DNA from: an uncultured Candidatus Saccharimonas sp.
GTDB taxonomy: Bacteria; Patescibacteriota; Saccharimonadia; Saccharimonadales; Saccharimonadaceae
Assembly (NCBI GenBank): GCA_963528875.1
Contig: CAURWT010000002.1
Span: 1-32,000, forward strand
DNA length: 32,000 bases
Reading direction: 5' to 3'
Position numbers and translations under genes: made by a program
Shown: in pieces, positions 8,158 through 16,656 of the stretch
How the letters are laid out: each line of letters opens with the position of its first letter
Numbering within the stretch: position 1 is the first letter of the stretch
Notes under the pieces: generated by a model
Database searches by the model: none
Told to the model about the DNA's origin: nothing
Seen by the model: only the letters and a program-made list of their open reading frames with translations

Positions 8158-9915
8158 ATGAGACTACTAAAAAACTTCAAACAATCTTGGGATTTTTTCT
8201 ATAAAAATAAATATGGACTTTTGATTGGTGCTTCAGTTTTGCATTTTGCGATGTCGGTGATTGGGGTGAATTTACTTTTTTGGGTTTTTAAACTAATTTT
8301 ATTGTTTTCGAACCAAGAAAATATAACCAAAGATAATTTTTATTTGATTTTTTCAAATCCGTTGAGCTTGTTTTTATGTGTAATTTATATTTTGTTAGTT
8401 GCATTTTTAACCTTTGCGGAGTTTTTTATTCTAATCAATTTCATCAATTCCAGAAGAGAAGGCTCAGCTTTTTCGATAAAAACTACTTTAGCAAAATCTT
8501 TCATGAAATTAAAAGGTTTAATAGGTTTTCAAGTCTTCTTTTTTATAATTTATTTTATTTCGATGGTGCCTCTTGAAAATCTTGGGCTTTCGAGCACAAT
8601 TACTGAACGACTTCGAATTCCTGCATTTATTACGGGTGAAATTTCTAAAACACTAACAGGAACTTTGCTGTATTTTATTTTAATTTTCACGATTTTTTAT
8701 ATAAATTATCGCTTAATTTTTACTTTACCACGCACAATTTTAAAAGATGAGCCGCTTTCGAAAAGTATTAAAGAAAGCTGGAAGGCCACTAAAAAGAAGA
8801 TGCCACAAATTTTAATTCCAATTGGCATTTTCGAAATTATCTTTATGTTTGCAGGATTGCTGCTTATGCTTATTGTTGCTGGGATTTTGGGAATTTTTAA
8901 ACCTTTTATGGGATTTTTACTTTCGAAGACAATTCTTCAAACAATGTTTGATGTGGTGTTTTTTGCTTTTTCGGTTTTTACGAAAATTTCAATTGTAATT
9001 ATTTTGCTAGATAACATTGAACCTCAAAAATCGAAAACTATTGAAAGCAAAAAAGAAAAAAGAAAACGATCAAGTATTCTTATGCTTTTGATGATTTTAT
9101 TTTTGGTTGGCTCAACAGCTATTAACGGAATCCAGATTTATTACAGTAAGATTGATACAAAAATTTTTAAAATTGCGCACCGTGGTGATGTTCGCGGTGG
9201 GGTTGAAAATTCGCTTGAGGCGCTTGAATCGGCCAAGAAAAAAGGCGCAGATTATGCCGAAATGGACATTCAGCTAACGCGAGATAATCATTTTGTGGTT
9301 GTTCATGACTACAATTTGCGTCGATTAACAGGTCGAGATGCACGCGTTCGAGATTTGAATTTGAATGAAATTAGAAAATTAACTATTTCTGAAAATGGTT
9401 TCGAAAGTAGAATTCCGACTTTTGAGGAATATGTAAAACAAGCAGAAAAATTGAAAATTAAGCTTTTGGTTGAATTAAAGCCTAGTGGTGATGAACCAGA
9501 AAATTTTGCTGAAATATTCGTGAATAAATTTCGAAAACTTGGCGTGGAGCAAAAATTTAAAACGATGTCGCTTGATTTGAATTTAATGCGAAAAATTGAA
9601 AAAATTGCACCAGAAATTGAAACTGGTTTTGTGATTCCTTTGCAATTTGGGGATTTTGATGATTCTGAAATTGATTTTTATGTAATTGAAGATTTCTCGT
9701 ATCGGCGACATTTGGCTTTAAAAGCTCATAAAAAGCACCGAAAAATTTTTGTTTGGACATTAAATACTAGAAGTGAAATTTCAAAATATCTACAGGAGCC
9801 AATTGATGGAATAATTTCTGATGAGCTTGAAATGATTAACGAAATTGAGAAAGAAGACCGTTCAAAAGAATCAATTTTTAAAACTTTTATACGAATCTTA
9901 AAGCTTAAAGTATAA
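8158..9915 (+). CDS. multi-pass membrane protein with C-terminal glycerophosphodiester phosphodiesterase (GDPD) domain
   Basis: About 330 aa of hydrophobic helices, then IAHRGDVRGGVENSLEALESAKKKGADYAEMDIQLTRDNHFVVVHD (GDPD HR...EN...E.D signature). ATG 8158 is preferred over TTG 8143, which abuts the -10 box. Confidence 0.85.
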   Translation: MRLLKNFKQSWDFFYKNKYGLLIGASVLHFAMSVIGVNLLFWVFKLILLFSNQENITKDNFYLIFSNPLSLFLCVIYILLVAFLTFAEFFILINFINSRREGSAFSIKTTLAKSFMKLKGLIGFQVFFFIIYFISMVPLENLGLSSTITERLRIPAFITGEISKTLTGTLLYFILIFTIFYINYRLIFTLPRTILKDEPLSKSIKESWKATKKKMPQILIPIGIFEIIFMFAGLLLMLIVAGILGIFKPFMGFLLSKTILQTMFDVVFFAFSVFTKISIVIILLDNIEPQKSKTIESKKEKRKRSSILMLLMILFLVGSTAINGIQIYYSKIDTKIFKIAHRGDVRGGVENSLEALESAKKKGADYAEMDIQLTRDNHFVVVHDYNLRRLTGRDARVRDLNLNEIRKLTISENGFESRIPTFEEYVKQAEKLKIKLLVELKPSGDEPENFAEIFVNKFRKLGVEQKFKTMSLDLNLMRKIEKIAPEIETGFVIPLQFGDFDDSEIDFYVIEDFSYRRHLALKAHKKHRKIFVWTLNTRSEISKYLQEPIDGIISDELEMINEIEKEDRSKESIFKTFIRILKLKV

Positions 9916-9998
9916 CTATTATTTTATTATTTAAACCAATATAAATTTTATGAAAAGCTTATTTTGAAATATATTTTAAACAAAAAATCTAAAAAAGC

Positions 9999-10027
9999 TT
10001 GAAAAATAAGAATAATTATGATAAAAT
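9999..10027 (+). promoter_or_regulatory. sigma70-type promoter of the rplF-rplO block
   Basis: TTGAAA (9999-10004), 17 nt, TAAAAT (10022-10027), with TG at 10019-10020. Followed by a ~105-nt untranslated leader. Confidence 0.6.
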
Positions 10028-10138
10028 TACAAGGTTAATATTAAATGCGAGTGAAATTTGGGAGATTTTGCGCCTCATTTCGAAAGAGATGACCAGCACG
10101 AAGCAAACAAACACTCTTTAAATGAAAGGAAAAGTTCA

Positions 10139-10675
10139 ATGAGTCGAATCGGAAAACTACCTATTGAGGTTCCGGCTGGTGTGACAATCACGATTGACGA
10201 GAACGAGATTTCAGTTAAAGGCGCTAAAGGCGAACTAACTGTGCCTCATTTGTCAGATGTAACTGTCGAACTTGACGGCACAACTTTGAAGGTTATTCGA
10301 AAAAATGACGAACGAGTAGCGCGAGCGCAACACGGCTTGCAACGAGCTCTTTTGAATAACGCTGTAGTCGGCGTCACAAAAGGCTTCGAAAAGAAATTAG
10401 AAGTTAACGGAGTTGGTTTCCGTGTACAAACTAACAATCCGCAAGAGCTTGAAATGCAACTTGGATTCTCACACCCTGTAATCTATAAAGCAAAAGAAGG
10501 AATCGCTCTTTCTAACGATAAAATGGTTATTACGGTTGCTGGAATTGACAAACAAGCTGTTGGTCAAGCTGCGGCTGAAATCCGCGCATTGAAGAAACCT
10601 GAACCATATAAAGGTAAAGGTATCAAATATGTTGATGAAGTTATCTTGCGAAAAGCAGGAAAGGCAGGTAAATAA
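10139..10675 (+). CDS. rplF: 50S ribosomal protein L6
   Basis: MSRIGKLPIEVPAGVTITIDENEISVKGAKGEL is a canonical L6 N-terminus. aaagga RBS 8 nt upstream. Confidence 0.97.
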   Translation: MSRIGKLPIEVPAGVTITIDENEISVKGAKGELTVPHLSDVTVELDGTTLKVIRKNDERVARAQHGLQRALLNNAVVGVTKGFEKKLEVNGVGFRVQTNNPQELEMQLGFSHPVIYKAKEGIALSNDKMVITVAGIDKQAVGQAAAEIRALKKPEPYKGKGIKYVDEVILRKAGKAGK

Positions 10676-11031
10676 TGTCTAAAGCATTAACACTTAAGAA
10701 GCAAAACTTAGCTTTGCGAAAAGGTCGTGTTCGAGCAAAAATTTCTGGAACTGCTGAACGCCCACGATTAACTGTAACTATTAGTAATTTGCATGTTTCA
10801 GCTCAAATTATTGACGATGTTGCACAAAAAACTCTTGTTTCAGCAACAACTGTTGGTTCAAAAGTTAAAGGAACAAAAACTGAACTTGCTGCTAAAATTG
10901 GTGCAGAAATCGCTAAAAAAGCTAAAAAAGCTAAAATTAATACAGTAGTATTTGACCGAAATGGTCGCCAATATGCAGGTCGTTTGCACGCTTTGGCAGA
11001 TGCTGCTCGTAAGGAAGGATTGGAGTTCTAA
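10675..11031 (+). CDS. rplR: 50S ribosomal protein L18
   Basis: 118 aa. RPRLTVTISNLHVSAQIIDD ... VVFDRNGRQYAGRLHALADAARKEGLEF. TAATG overlap with rplF. Confidence 0.97.
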   Translation: MSKALTLKKQNLALRKGRVRAKISGTAERPRLTVTISNLHVSAQIIDDVAQKTLVSATTVGSKVKGTKTELAAKIGAEIAKKAKKAKINTVVFDRNGRQYAGRLHALADAARKEGLEF

Positions 11032-11033
11032 AT

Positions 11034-11618
11034 ATGGCTGAAGCTCAAAAAACTCAGGCTCCACGCCGAAATAACGACCGAAACAATGGTCGAAATGGTC
11101 GAAAAAATGACCGCCGAAATAATAATCGACGCCAAGAACGCGAAGAAAAACAATTCGAAGAATTAGTGATTAACATTGACCGCGTTTCCCGTGTTGTTAA
11201 AGGTGGACGACGCTTCCGCTTTAAAGCTCTTGTTGTTGTGGGTGACCGCAAAAACAAAGTTGGTGTTGGTGTAGCTAAAGGTCAAGATGTGACTGCAGCT
11301 ATCGCTAAAGCAACAAATGTTGCAAAGAAAAACATGATTGAAATCGCGCTTGAGAGCGACACAATTCCGCATGAAGCTGAGAAAAAAGTAACTGGCGCTC
11401 ACGTTCTTTTGAAGCCTGCAGCTCCTGGTACTGGTATTATCGCTGGTGGTGTTGTTCGACAAATTATTGGTGTAACAGGAATTCGAAATATGCTTTCGAA
11501 ATCACTTGGTTCAACAAATAAAGTTAATATTGCTTACGCAACTATAGATGCTTTGAAGAGCCTTGTTCCTAAAGAACAGTGGTTAAATGCACCAAAAGCT
11601 AAAAAGGAGACTAAGTAA
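11034..11618 (+). CDS. rpsE: 30S ribosomal protein S5 with Arg/Asn-rich N-terminal extension
   Basis: Core LVINIDRVSRVVKGGRRFRFKALVVVGD is typical S5. The first ~45 aa are low complexity (RRNNDRNNGRNGRKNDRRNNNRRQ). Confidence 0.96.
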   Translation: MAEAQKTQAPRRNNDRNNGRNGRKNDRRNNNRRQEREEKQFEELVINIDRVSRVVKGGRRFRFKALVVVGDRKNKVGVGVAKGQDVTAAIAKATNVAKKNMIEIALESDTIPHEAEKKVTGAHVLLKPAAPGTGIIAGGVVRQIIGVTGIRNMLSKSLGSTNKVNIAYATIDALKSLVPKEQWLNAPKAKKETK

Positions 11619-12082
11619 TGAAATACAATGAACTCCAAGTTTCTGCAAATAAAGATAAAATTCGTGTTGGTCGCGGTATTTCAGCCGGTCGTGGTAAAAC
11701 TGCTGGTCGTGGTACTAAAGGTCAAGGAGCTCGAACAGGAAAGAAACTTCGTGCAACTTTCCAAGGTGGTCAAAATCCACTTGTTCAGGCAACTCCAAAA
11801 GCTCGTGGATTCAAGTCTTTACGAAAACCAGCTCAAGTTGTATATCTTGACCACTTGAACGATTTAGCTGGTGAAGTTGATAACTTCCGACTTTTTGAAG
11901 AAGGCTATATTTCAACACCTTTCCATAAAGTTAAGGTTATCTCACGAGGTGAATTGAACGAAAAAGTTACTTTAAAAGTTCAAGCTGCTTCGAAATCTGC
12001 CATTGAAGCTATCGAAAAGGCTGGCGGAAAATTCGAAAAAGTTGCAACACCTTTGAAGAAATCTGCAAAAGAAGAAAAATAA
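11618..12082 (+). CDS. rplO: 50S ribosomal protein L15
   Basis: GRGISAGRGKTAGRGTKGQGARTG signature. Starts by TAATG overlap directly on the rpsE stop, so there is no L30 gene between S5 and L15. Confidence 0.96.
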   Translation: MKYNELQVSANKDKIRVGRGISAGRGKTAGRGTKGQGARTGKKLRATFQGGQNPLVQATPKARGFKSLRKPAQVVYLDHLNDLAGEVDNFRLFEEGYISTPFHKVKVISRGELNEKVTLKVQAASKSAIEAIEKAGGKFEKVATPLKKSAKEEK

Positions 12083-12099
12083 TTCTTCTTGAAGTATTT

Positions 12100-12125
12100 A
12101 AAACAGCTCAAAACGAGCTGTTTTA
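12100..12125 (+). terminator. Rho-independent terminator after rplO
   Basis: cagctc (12104-12109) / gagctg (12115-12120), 5-nt loop, flanking A/T extension and tttt tail. Confidence 0.8.
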
Positions 12126-12151
12126 GTTTTAGATAAAAATACTTAAAACTG

Positions 12152-12166
12152 TTTTTTTTTTTTTTT
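12152..12166 (+). repeat. T15 homopolymer tract in the ABC-2 promoter region
   Basis: 15 consecutive T at 12152-12166, ending 11 nt upstream of the -10 hexamer. Confidence 0.9.
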
Positions 12167-12174
12167 GATTTTTG

Positions 12175-12183
12175 TGCTAAACT
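12175..12183 (+). promoter_or_regulatory. Extended -10 promoter (TGcTAAACT) of the ABC-2 transporter operon
   Basis: tgctaaact at 12175-12183; 6 nt (atatat) to ATG 12190, implying a leaderless transcript. Confidence 0.5.
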
Positions 12184-12189
12184 ATATAT

Positions 12190-13113
12190 ATGACAGATAA
12201 AGATATAATTTTAATAAAGAACTTTAAGCTGTCGTTTGGTAATAAAGAAATTATTCGCGGGCTAAGTTTTAATGTTAAAAAGGGCGAAATTTTTGGTTTT
12301 TTAGGATCAAACGGAAGTGGAAAAACAACAACAATTCGAGCTTTGCTGGGAATTTATCAGGCAGATTCGGGTGAACTTTTAATTAATGGTGAAGAATTTT
12401 CGCCCGAAAAAGTTGGTGCGATTGGATATTTACCAGAGGAGCGCGGTCTTTATAAAAAAGAAAAAGTTATTGATGTGATGCAATATTTTGGGCGACTTAA
12501 AGGTCTTTCAAAAAAAGAAGCTCAAGAGTTCTCTAAAAAATATTTGAAACGTGTTGGACTAGAAGATAAGGCAAACTTAAATATTGATAAACTTTCTGGT
12601 GGCCAACAGCAAAAAATCCAGTTAGGAATTACTATTATGGGTAAACCTGAACTACTTATCTTGGATGAGCCAACAAAAGGTTTCGATCCTGTTAATCGCC
12701 AGCTTCTTATGGATATTATCGAGGAAGAAAATGCTCGTGGCGCCACAATTATGATGGTAACTCACCAAATGGAAGAAGTTGAGAAAATTTGTAACCGTGC
12801 ATTGCTTTTAAAAAATGGTAAAATGGAAGCTTACGGCACGGTTGATGAAATTCGAAATAAATTTGGTAAACAGCGAATTATTCTTGAATTTGTTGGTGAG
12901 CTGCCAAAGAGCGATAAATTTGAGATTATAAAAAAAGAAGCAAACTATGCCGAACTCTCATTAAAAGCCGATTCACAAGAAATTCTGAAAGAATTAGTTT
13001 CAAAAAATCTGCAAATTATAAACTTTAAGGTTCAAAAATCAACTTTAAATGAGATTTTCTTGAATATTTATGGCGAAGAAAATGAAGTGGAAAATGAGGT
13101 AAAAAATGTATAA
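12190..13113 (+). CDS. ABC-2-type transporter ATP-binding protein
   Basis: 307 aa. Walker A GSNGSGKTT, signature LSGGQQQK, Walker B LLILDEPT, H-loop MVTHQ, plus a ~80-aa C-terminal extension as in NatA/DUF4162-type ATPases. Confidence 0.9.
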   Translation: MTDKDIILIKNFKLSFGNKEIIRGLSFNVKKGEIFGFLGSNGSGKTTTIRALLGIYQADSGELLINGEEFSPEKVGAIGYLPEERGLYKKEKVIDVMQYFGRLKGLSKKEAQEFSKKYLKRVGLEDKANLNIDKLSGGQQQKIQLGITIMGKPELLILDEPTKGFDPVNRQLLMDIIEEENARGATIMMVTHQMEEVEKICNRALLLKNGKMEAYGTVDEIRNKFGKQRIILEFVGELPKSDKFEIIKKEANYAELSLKADSQEILKELVSKNLQIINFKVQKSTLNEIFLNIYGEENEVENEVKNV

Positions 13114-14347
13114 TCTAGGAACAGTTTTAAGGTTCGAAATCTTCCGTGCATTGAAAAAGCCAACTTTTTGGATTGCGATTTTTGCAATTCCTGTAATTTA
13201 TGGCGTAATGTTTATGTTTGGCGCAATTTCAGGCTCACAAGCGAAGGAGAATCAAGAAAAATTAGCAAAAGAGAGTTTTTCGTTCCAGGTTCAAGATGAA
13301 AGCGGCTTAATCTCTAAGGAGCTTGTTTTACAATTAAAAGGCAGTTTTTCGAATGATAAGCAAAAGGCAATCGAAGCCGTAAAAAATGGAAAACTTAGTG
13401 CATTTTATTTTATACCAAAAGATTTAACCGGTGAAAAGATTGAAATTTATGGAAAAAATACTAATATCAATGAAAACGGCAAATATTCAGCGGTTTTAAA
13501 AACTATTTTGAAGAATTCTGGCGTTCAAGCTACGAATAAAAATCAGTTAGCGTTGATCAATGAAACTTATAAAACTGAGCAAACATTTTTCAAAAATGGT
13601 GAAAAGTATAACCAATTCCCAGAAATGATTGTGCCGGGAATTTTCTTAGCGATATTCTACTTTATTACCGTTTTTCTTTCAAACCGAATGCTTACAAGCA
13701 CAACTGAAGAAAAAGAAAACCGTGTTACAGAGATGATTTTAACCAGTATTTCAGCTAAAACTTTAATTTTAGGTAAAATTATTTCAATTATGGTTTTGGG
13801 GCTCGTTCAAATTTTAACAATAATTCTACCAATTGTCATTGGACTTATAATAATTTCAAGTATTGGAACGCTTGCAAAAGATTTAAATTTACCAGATTTA
13901 ATGCCAATTATCTCGGCTATTAAATGGGATTTTGGTACAATTGCAATTTCTGCTGTAATTTTAGTTGCTGGATTTATGATGACAACAGGATTTATCGTTG
14001 CGCTGGGTTCGGCAATGCCGACCGCACAAGAGGCTTCAAATTATTTTGCAGCAATTATTATGCCACTAATGATGCCACTTTTTGTGCTTCCTTCATTCCT
14101 TTCAAGCGAGCCGAGCGCCTTAACTGTTTTCTTGAGCTACTTCCCGCTAACTTCACCAATTTCCCTGCTTCTTCGAAACACATTGGGGACTTTGAGCTTG
14201 GCAGAAGCTCTTATTGGAATCTCACTTCTTGTCATTTTTGCGATTTTTGCCGTATGGCTAGCGGTGCGAATCTTCCGCTTTGGAACAATTTCTTATGGTT
14301 CAAAAGTAAATCTTAAAAGTATTTTTTCGAAAAAGAAAATTGCTTAA
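13106..14347 (+). CDS. ABC-2 family permease (NatB-like)
   Basis: 413 aa. One N-terminal TM helix, a ~150-aa soluble loop, then 5-6 TM helices. 8-nt overlap (atgtataa) with the ATPase gene; GAGG RBS. Confidence 0.8.
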   Translation: MYNLGTVLRFEIFRALKKPTFWIAIFAIPVIYGVMFMFGAISGSQAKENQEKLAKESFSFQVQDESGLISKELVLQLKGSFSNDKQKAIEAVKNGKLSAFYFIPKDLTGEKIEIYGKNTNINENGKYSAVLKTILKNSGVQATNKNQLALINETYKTEQTFFKNGEKYNQFPEMIVPGIFLAIFYFITVFLSNRMLTSTTEEKENRVTEMILTSISAKTLILGKIISIMVLGLVQILTIILPIVIGLIIISSIGTLAKDLNLPDLMPIISAIKWDFGTIAISAVILVAGFMMTTGFIVALGSAMPTAQEASNYFAAIIMPLMMPLFVLPSFLSSEPSALTVFLSYFPLTSPISLLLRNTLGTLSLAEALIGISLLVIFAIFAVWLAVRIFRFGTISYGSKVNLKSIFSKKKIA

Positions 14348-14366
14348 ATTAGCTTAAAAAAATTAA

Positions 14367-14408
14367 CAAGAGCTGTTCGAAAAAGAATAGCTCTTGACTT
14401 TTATTTTA
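14367..14408 (+). terminator. Rho-independent terminator after the ABC-2 permease
   Basis: caagagct (14367-14374) / agctcttg (14389-14396), 14-nt loop, then acttttatttt. Confidence 0.75.
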
Positions 14409-14422
14409 AAAAGTTGTATAAT
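14394..14422 (+). promoter_or_regulatory. Near-consensus sigma70 promoter of the 108-aa orphan gene
   Basis: TTGACT (14394-14399), 17 nt, TATAAT (14417-14422). The -35 overlaps the 3' arm of the preceding terminator. Confidence 0.6.
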
Positions 14423-14440
14423 TTAAAAGACTTTCGAATC

Positions 14441-14465
14441 AAAAAAATTTTTTTTTGGGGGGGGG
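14441..14465 (+). repeat. Compound homopolymer block A7-T9-G9 in the 5' UTR of the orphan gene
   Basis: aaaaaaa (14441-14447), ttttttttt (14448-14456), ggggggggg (14457-14465). Ends 9 nt before ATG 14475. It is the only G run longer than 5 that I saw in the window. Confidence 0.9.
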
Positions 14466-14474
14466 TAGAACCTT

Positions 14475-14801
14475 ATGAGATTTAGCAAGGATGCTTTAAG
14501 AAAGATATTTGAAGAGTCTTTCGATGATGAAGTTGATAATATCCACAACGGAGGGCATACAGTATCTTTTTATGGTGAAGAATATTCAATGGAATATAAC
14601 TTTCTACGGGGAGATATAACTTTTAGTGGAATAGATGAGAGCAGAATTGGGACTATTTTTATAGTTGAGTCTAATATCTCCTCTTACGAAGTCGATCCGT
14701 CAAGCCCTTTCGGCTATTATGTTGGGCTTTTTGAGGTTAATCTTAGAAGGCATATAGAGTTAAGCCAAAAGAAAACTCGTCGTAGATTTATCACAAAATA
14801 A
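14475..14801 (+). CDS. hypothetical protein, 108 aa, acidic N-terminal part and basic tail
   Basis: Stand-alone unit with its own promoter, a G-rich putative SD and its own terminator. No recognisable motif. Codon usage differs from neighbours (AGA/AGG and ATA frequent, no CGA). Confidence 0.6.
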   Translation: MRFSKDALRKIFEESFDDEVDNIHNGGHTVSFYGEEYSMEYNFLRGDITFSGIDESRIGTIFIVESNISSYEVDPSSPFGYYVGLFEVNLRRHIELSQKKTRRRFITK

Positions 14802-14812
14802 TTTCTCATTTC

Positions 14813-14840
14813 AAGCCCCATTTCGGGGCTTTTCTTTTTT
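14813..14840 (+). terminator. Rho-independent terminator of the orphan gene
   Basis: aagcccc (14813-14819) / ggggctt (14825-14831), loop atttc, then ttctttttt. Confidence 0.85.
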
Positions 14841-14877
14841 CGAAAAAATAAATTTTCAGGATTTTTTAAGTAAAGCG

Positions 14878-14886
14878 TGATAAAAT
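14878..14886 (+). promoter_or_regulatory. Extended -10 promoter (TGaTAAAAT) of the two-component operon
   Basis: tgataaaat at 14878-14886; 6 nt (aaaaat) to ATG 14893, implying a leaderless transcript. Confidence 0.5.
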
Positions 14887-14892
14887 AAAAAT

Positions 14893-15564
14893 ATGAGAAT
14901 TTTGATTGTTGAAGATGAACGGAAAATTGCTCGAGCACTCGGGCAAGCTTTGAAAAATGAAAAATATGCCGTGGACATTTCGCACGATGGGACAGATGCC
15001 TACGCGATGGTTGGAATGATTGACTATGATTTATTAATCCTTGATCGGATGATCCCGGGCGATTATGACGGTTTAAGCTTAACTAAAAAGCTCCGCGAAG
15101 AAGGTAAAAGAGTGCCAATTTTACTTTTAACGGCATTGGGTGAAATTCAAGATAAAACCGAGGGTTTAGATAGTGGCGCAGACGATTATTTAACGAAACC
15201 TTTCGCTTTAGATGAGCTTTTAGCACGTGTTCGAGCGTTGCTTCGAAGGCCGCAAACCCAAGCTGAAACTATTCTAAAAATCGCAGATCTATCATTAGAT
15301 TTAAATGCGCACGAAGTTTTTCGAAATAATCAAAAAATCGAACTTACAAATAAAGAATTTTCACTTCTCGAATATTTAGTGCGAAATGCTGGCCGCCCAG
15401 TTTCGAAAGAGCAAATTATTGCCCATGTTTGGGATTATGATGCAGATATTTTGCCGAATAATATTGAAGTTTATATCAGTTATTTGCGTGAAAAAGTTGA
15501 TAAGCCTTTTGAGAAAAAACTAATCAAAACCGTGCGAGGAATAGGATATAAAATTGATGAATAA
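14893..15564 (+). CDS. OmpR/PhoB-family response regulator
   Basis: 223 aa. Receiver domain (MRILIVEDE ... LLILDRMIPG phospho-Asp region ... DDYLTKPF) plus a winged-helix output domain (LTNKEFSLLEYL ... VRGIGYKI). Confidence 0.93.
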   Translation: MRILIVEDERKIARALGQALKNEKYAVDISHDGTDAYAMVGMIDYDLLILDRMIPGDYDGLSLTKKLREEGKRVPILLLTALGEIQDKTEGLDSGADDYLTKPFALDELLARVRALLRRPQTQAETILKIADLSLDLNAHEVFRNNQKIELTNKEFSLLEYLVRNAGRPVSKEQIIAHVWDYDADILPNNIEVYISYLREKVDKPFEKKLIKTVRGIGYKIDE

Positions 15565-16609
15565 TAAAGAGCAAAAATTATTTAAATTCGGTGGCGATAT
15601 TTTTAAAAGTGCTCATTTTAGCCTTTCGATGCTGTATTTCTTGATTTTGCTAGCGATTGTTGGAATTTTTAATATTGTAATTTTTTATTCGATCAACACT
15701 AATACTATGGAAATTTCCACACCACTCATTGAAACAAGTTTTTCGAAAGACAAAAATAGCTATGGAACGGATGAGCTTCGCGAAAAAATTATCACGGCAA
15801 GAAACAAACGAGCTAGCGAACAGATTACCGAATCAATTCTAATTTTAGATTTTTTAATTTTATTGGCTGGCGGTATTGGTAGTTTTTGGCTGGCGCGCCG
15901 TGCTTTAGAACCTCTTGAAAAAGCTCACAAATTACAGTCTGAATTTGTTTCGAATGCGAGCCACGAAATTCGAACGCCACTTGCGGCGATCCAGCTTGAA
16001 ACTGAAATAATTCTAAAAGATAAAACAGCTTCAAATGATGAGCTCCGCGAAGTTCTGGAGAGCAACTTAGAAGAAGCAAAAAGCTTAACTGCGATGGTGA
16101 AAATGCTGCTTAGTCTTTCGAAAATTAACGAAGAAATTCCACTTTCAGCTGTGAATTTGAACGAAACTATCAAAGCTAGAATTTCAAAATTTCCAGATGC
16201 GGAAAAGAAAATTAAGTTCGAAGATGGCAAGGAATTTATTGTTCAAAATAACGAAACGGCAATTGATGAAATTGCTATGATTTTGATTGATAATGCGCTG
16301 AAATATAATGTTTCGAAAGATCCGATTGAAGTGAAAATTTTTAGGCAAAATCGACAAGCTGTCTTATCTGTCTCGAATTTTTCGAATGAAATTCCGCAAG
16401 ATGAACTAAATAAATTTTTTGATCGATTTTATAGATGTGATAAAGTCCGAAGTTGCAATAACCACACGGAAGGCTATGGTTTGGGGCTTGCAATTGCAAA
16501 AAAGCTGGCGGAAGAAACGCATAGCGTAATTTTAGCTAAAAATGAGAGAATTCCGAAAACTAAAAAATTCAAAACTACATTTTCAGTTTTAATGCGATTT
16601 TCAAGATAG
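15557..16609 (+). CDS. sensor histidine kinase (HisKA/HATPase_c), two TM helices with short external loop
   Basis: H-box FVSNASHEIRTPL, N-box LIDNALKYN, G2-like GYGLGLAIAKKLAE. ATG 15557 (TTG 15554 also possible) overlaps the regulator stop. Confidence 0.88.
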   Translation: MNNKEQKLFKFGGDIFKSAHFSLSMLYFLILLAIVGIFNIVIFYSINTNTMEISTPLIETSFSKDKNSYGTDELREKIITARNKRASEQITESILILDFLILLAGGIGSFWLARRALEPLEKAHKLQSEFVSNASHEIRTPLAAIQLETEIILKDKTASNDELREVLESNLEEAKSLTAMVKMLLSLSKINEEIPLSAVNLNETIKARISKFPDAEKKIKFEDGKEFIVQNNETAIDEIAMILIDNALKYNVSKDPIEVKIFRQNRQAVLSVSNFSNEIPQDELNKFFDRFYRCDKVRSCNNHTEGYGLGLAIAKKLAEETHSVILAKNERIPKTKKFKTTFSVLMRFSR

Positions 16610-16627
16610 TTTTTTTGATTAAAACTC

Positions 16628-16656
16628 TTGATTTTTAAAGATATTTGTGCTAGAAT
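16628..16656 (+). promoter_or_regulatory. sigma70-type promoter of the rplC-rpsH block
   Basis: TTGATT (16628-16633), 17 nt, TAGAAT (16651-16656), with TG at 16648-16649. Confidence 0.65.

Noticed and set aside
10058-10138. 27-codon N-terminal extension of L6 from an upstream TTG
   Set aside because: There is no RBS. The canonical L6 start MSRIGKLPIEVP at 10139 has an aaagga RBS, and the extension lies in the predicted 5' UTR.
16370-16420. Apparent degeneration of the histidine kinase G1 box (VSNFSNEIP where DxGxG is expected)
   Set aside because: I cannot align reliably by eye. The N-box and G2 box are intact, and some Gram-positive kinase subfamilies have divergent G1 regions. This is not enough to call a pseudokinase.
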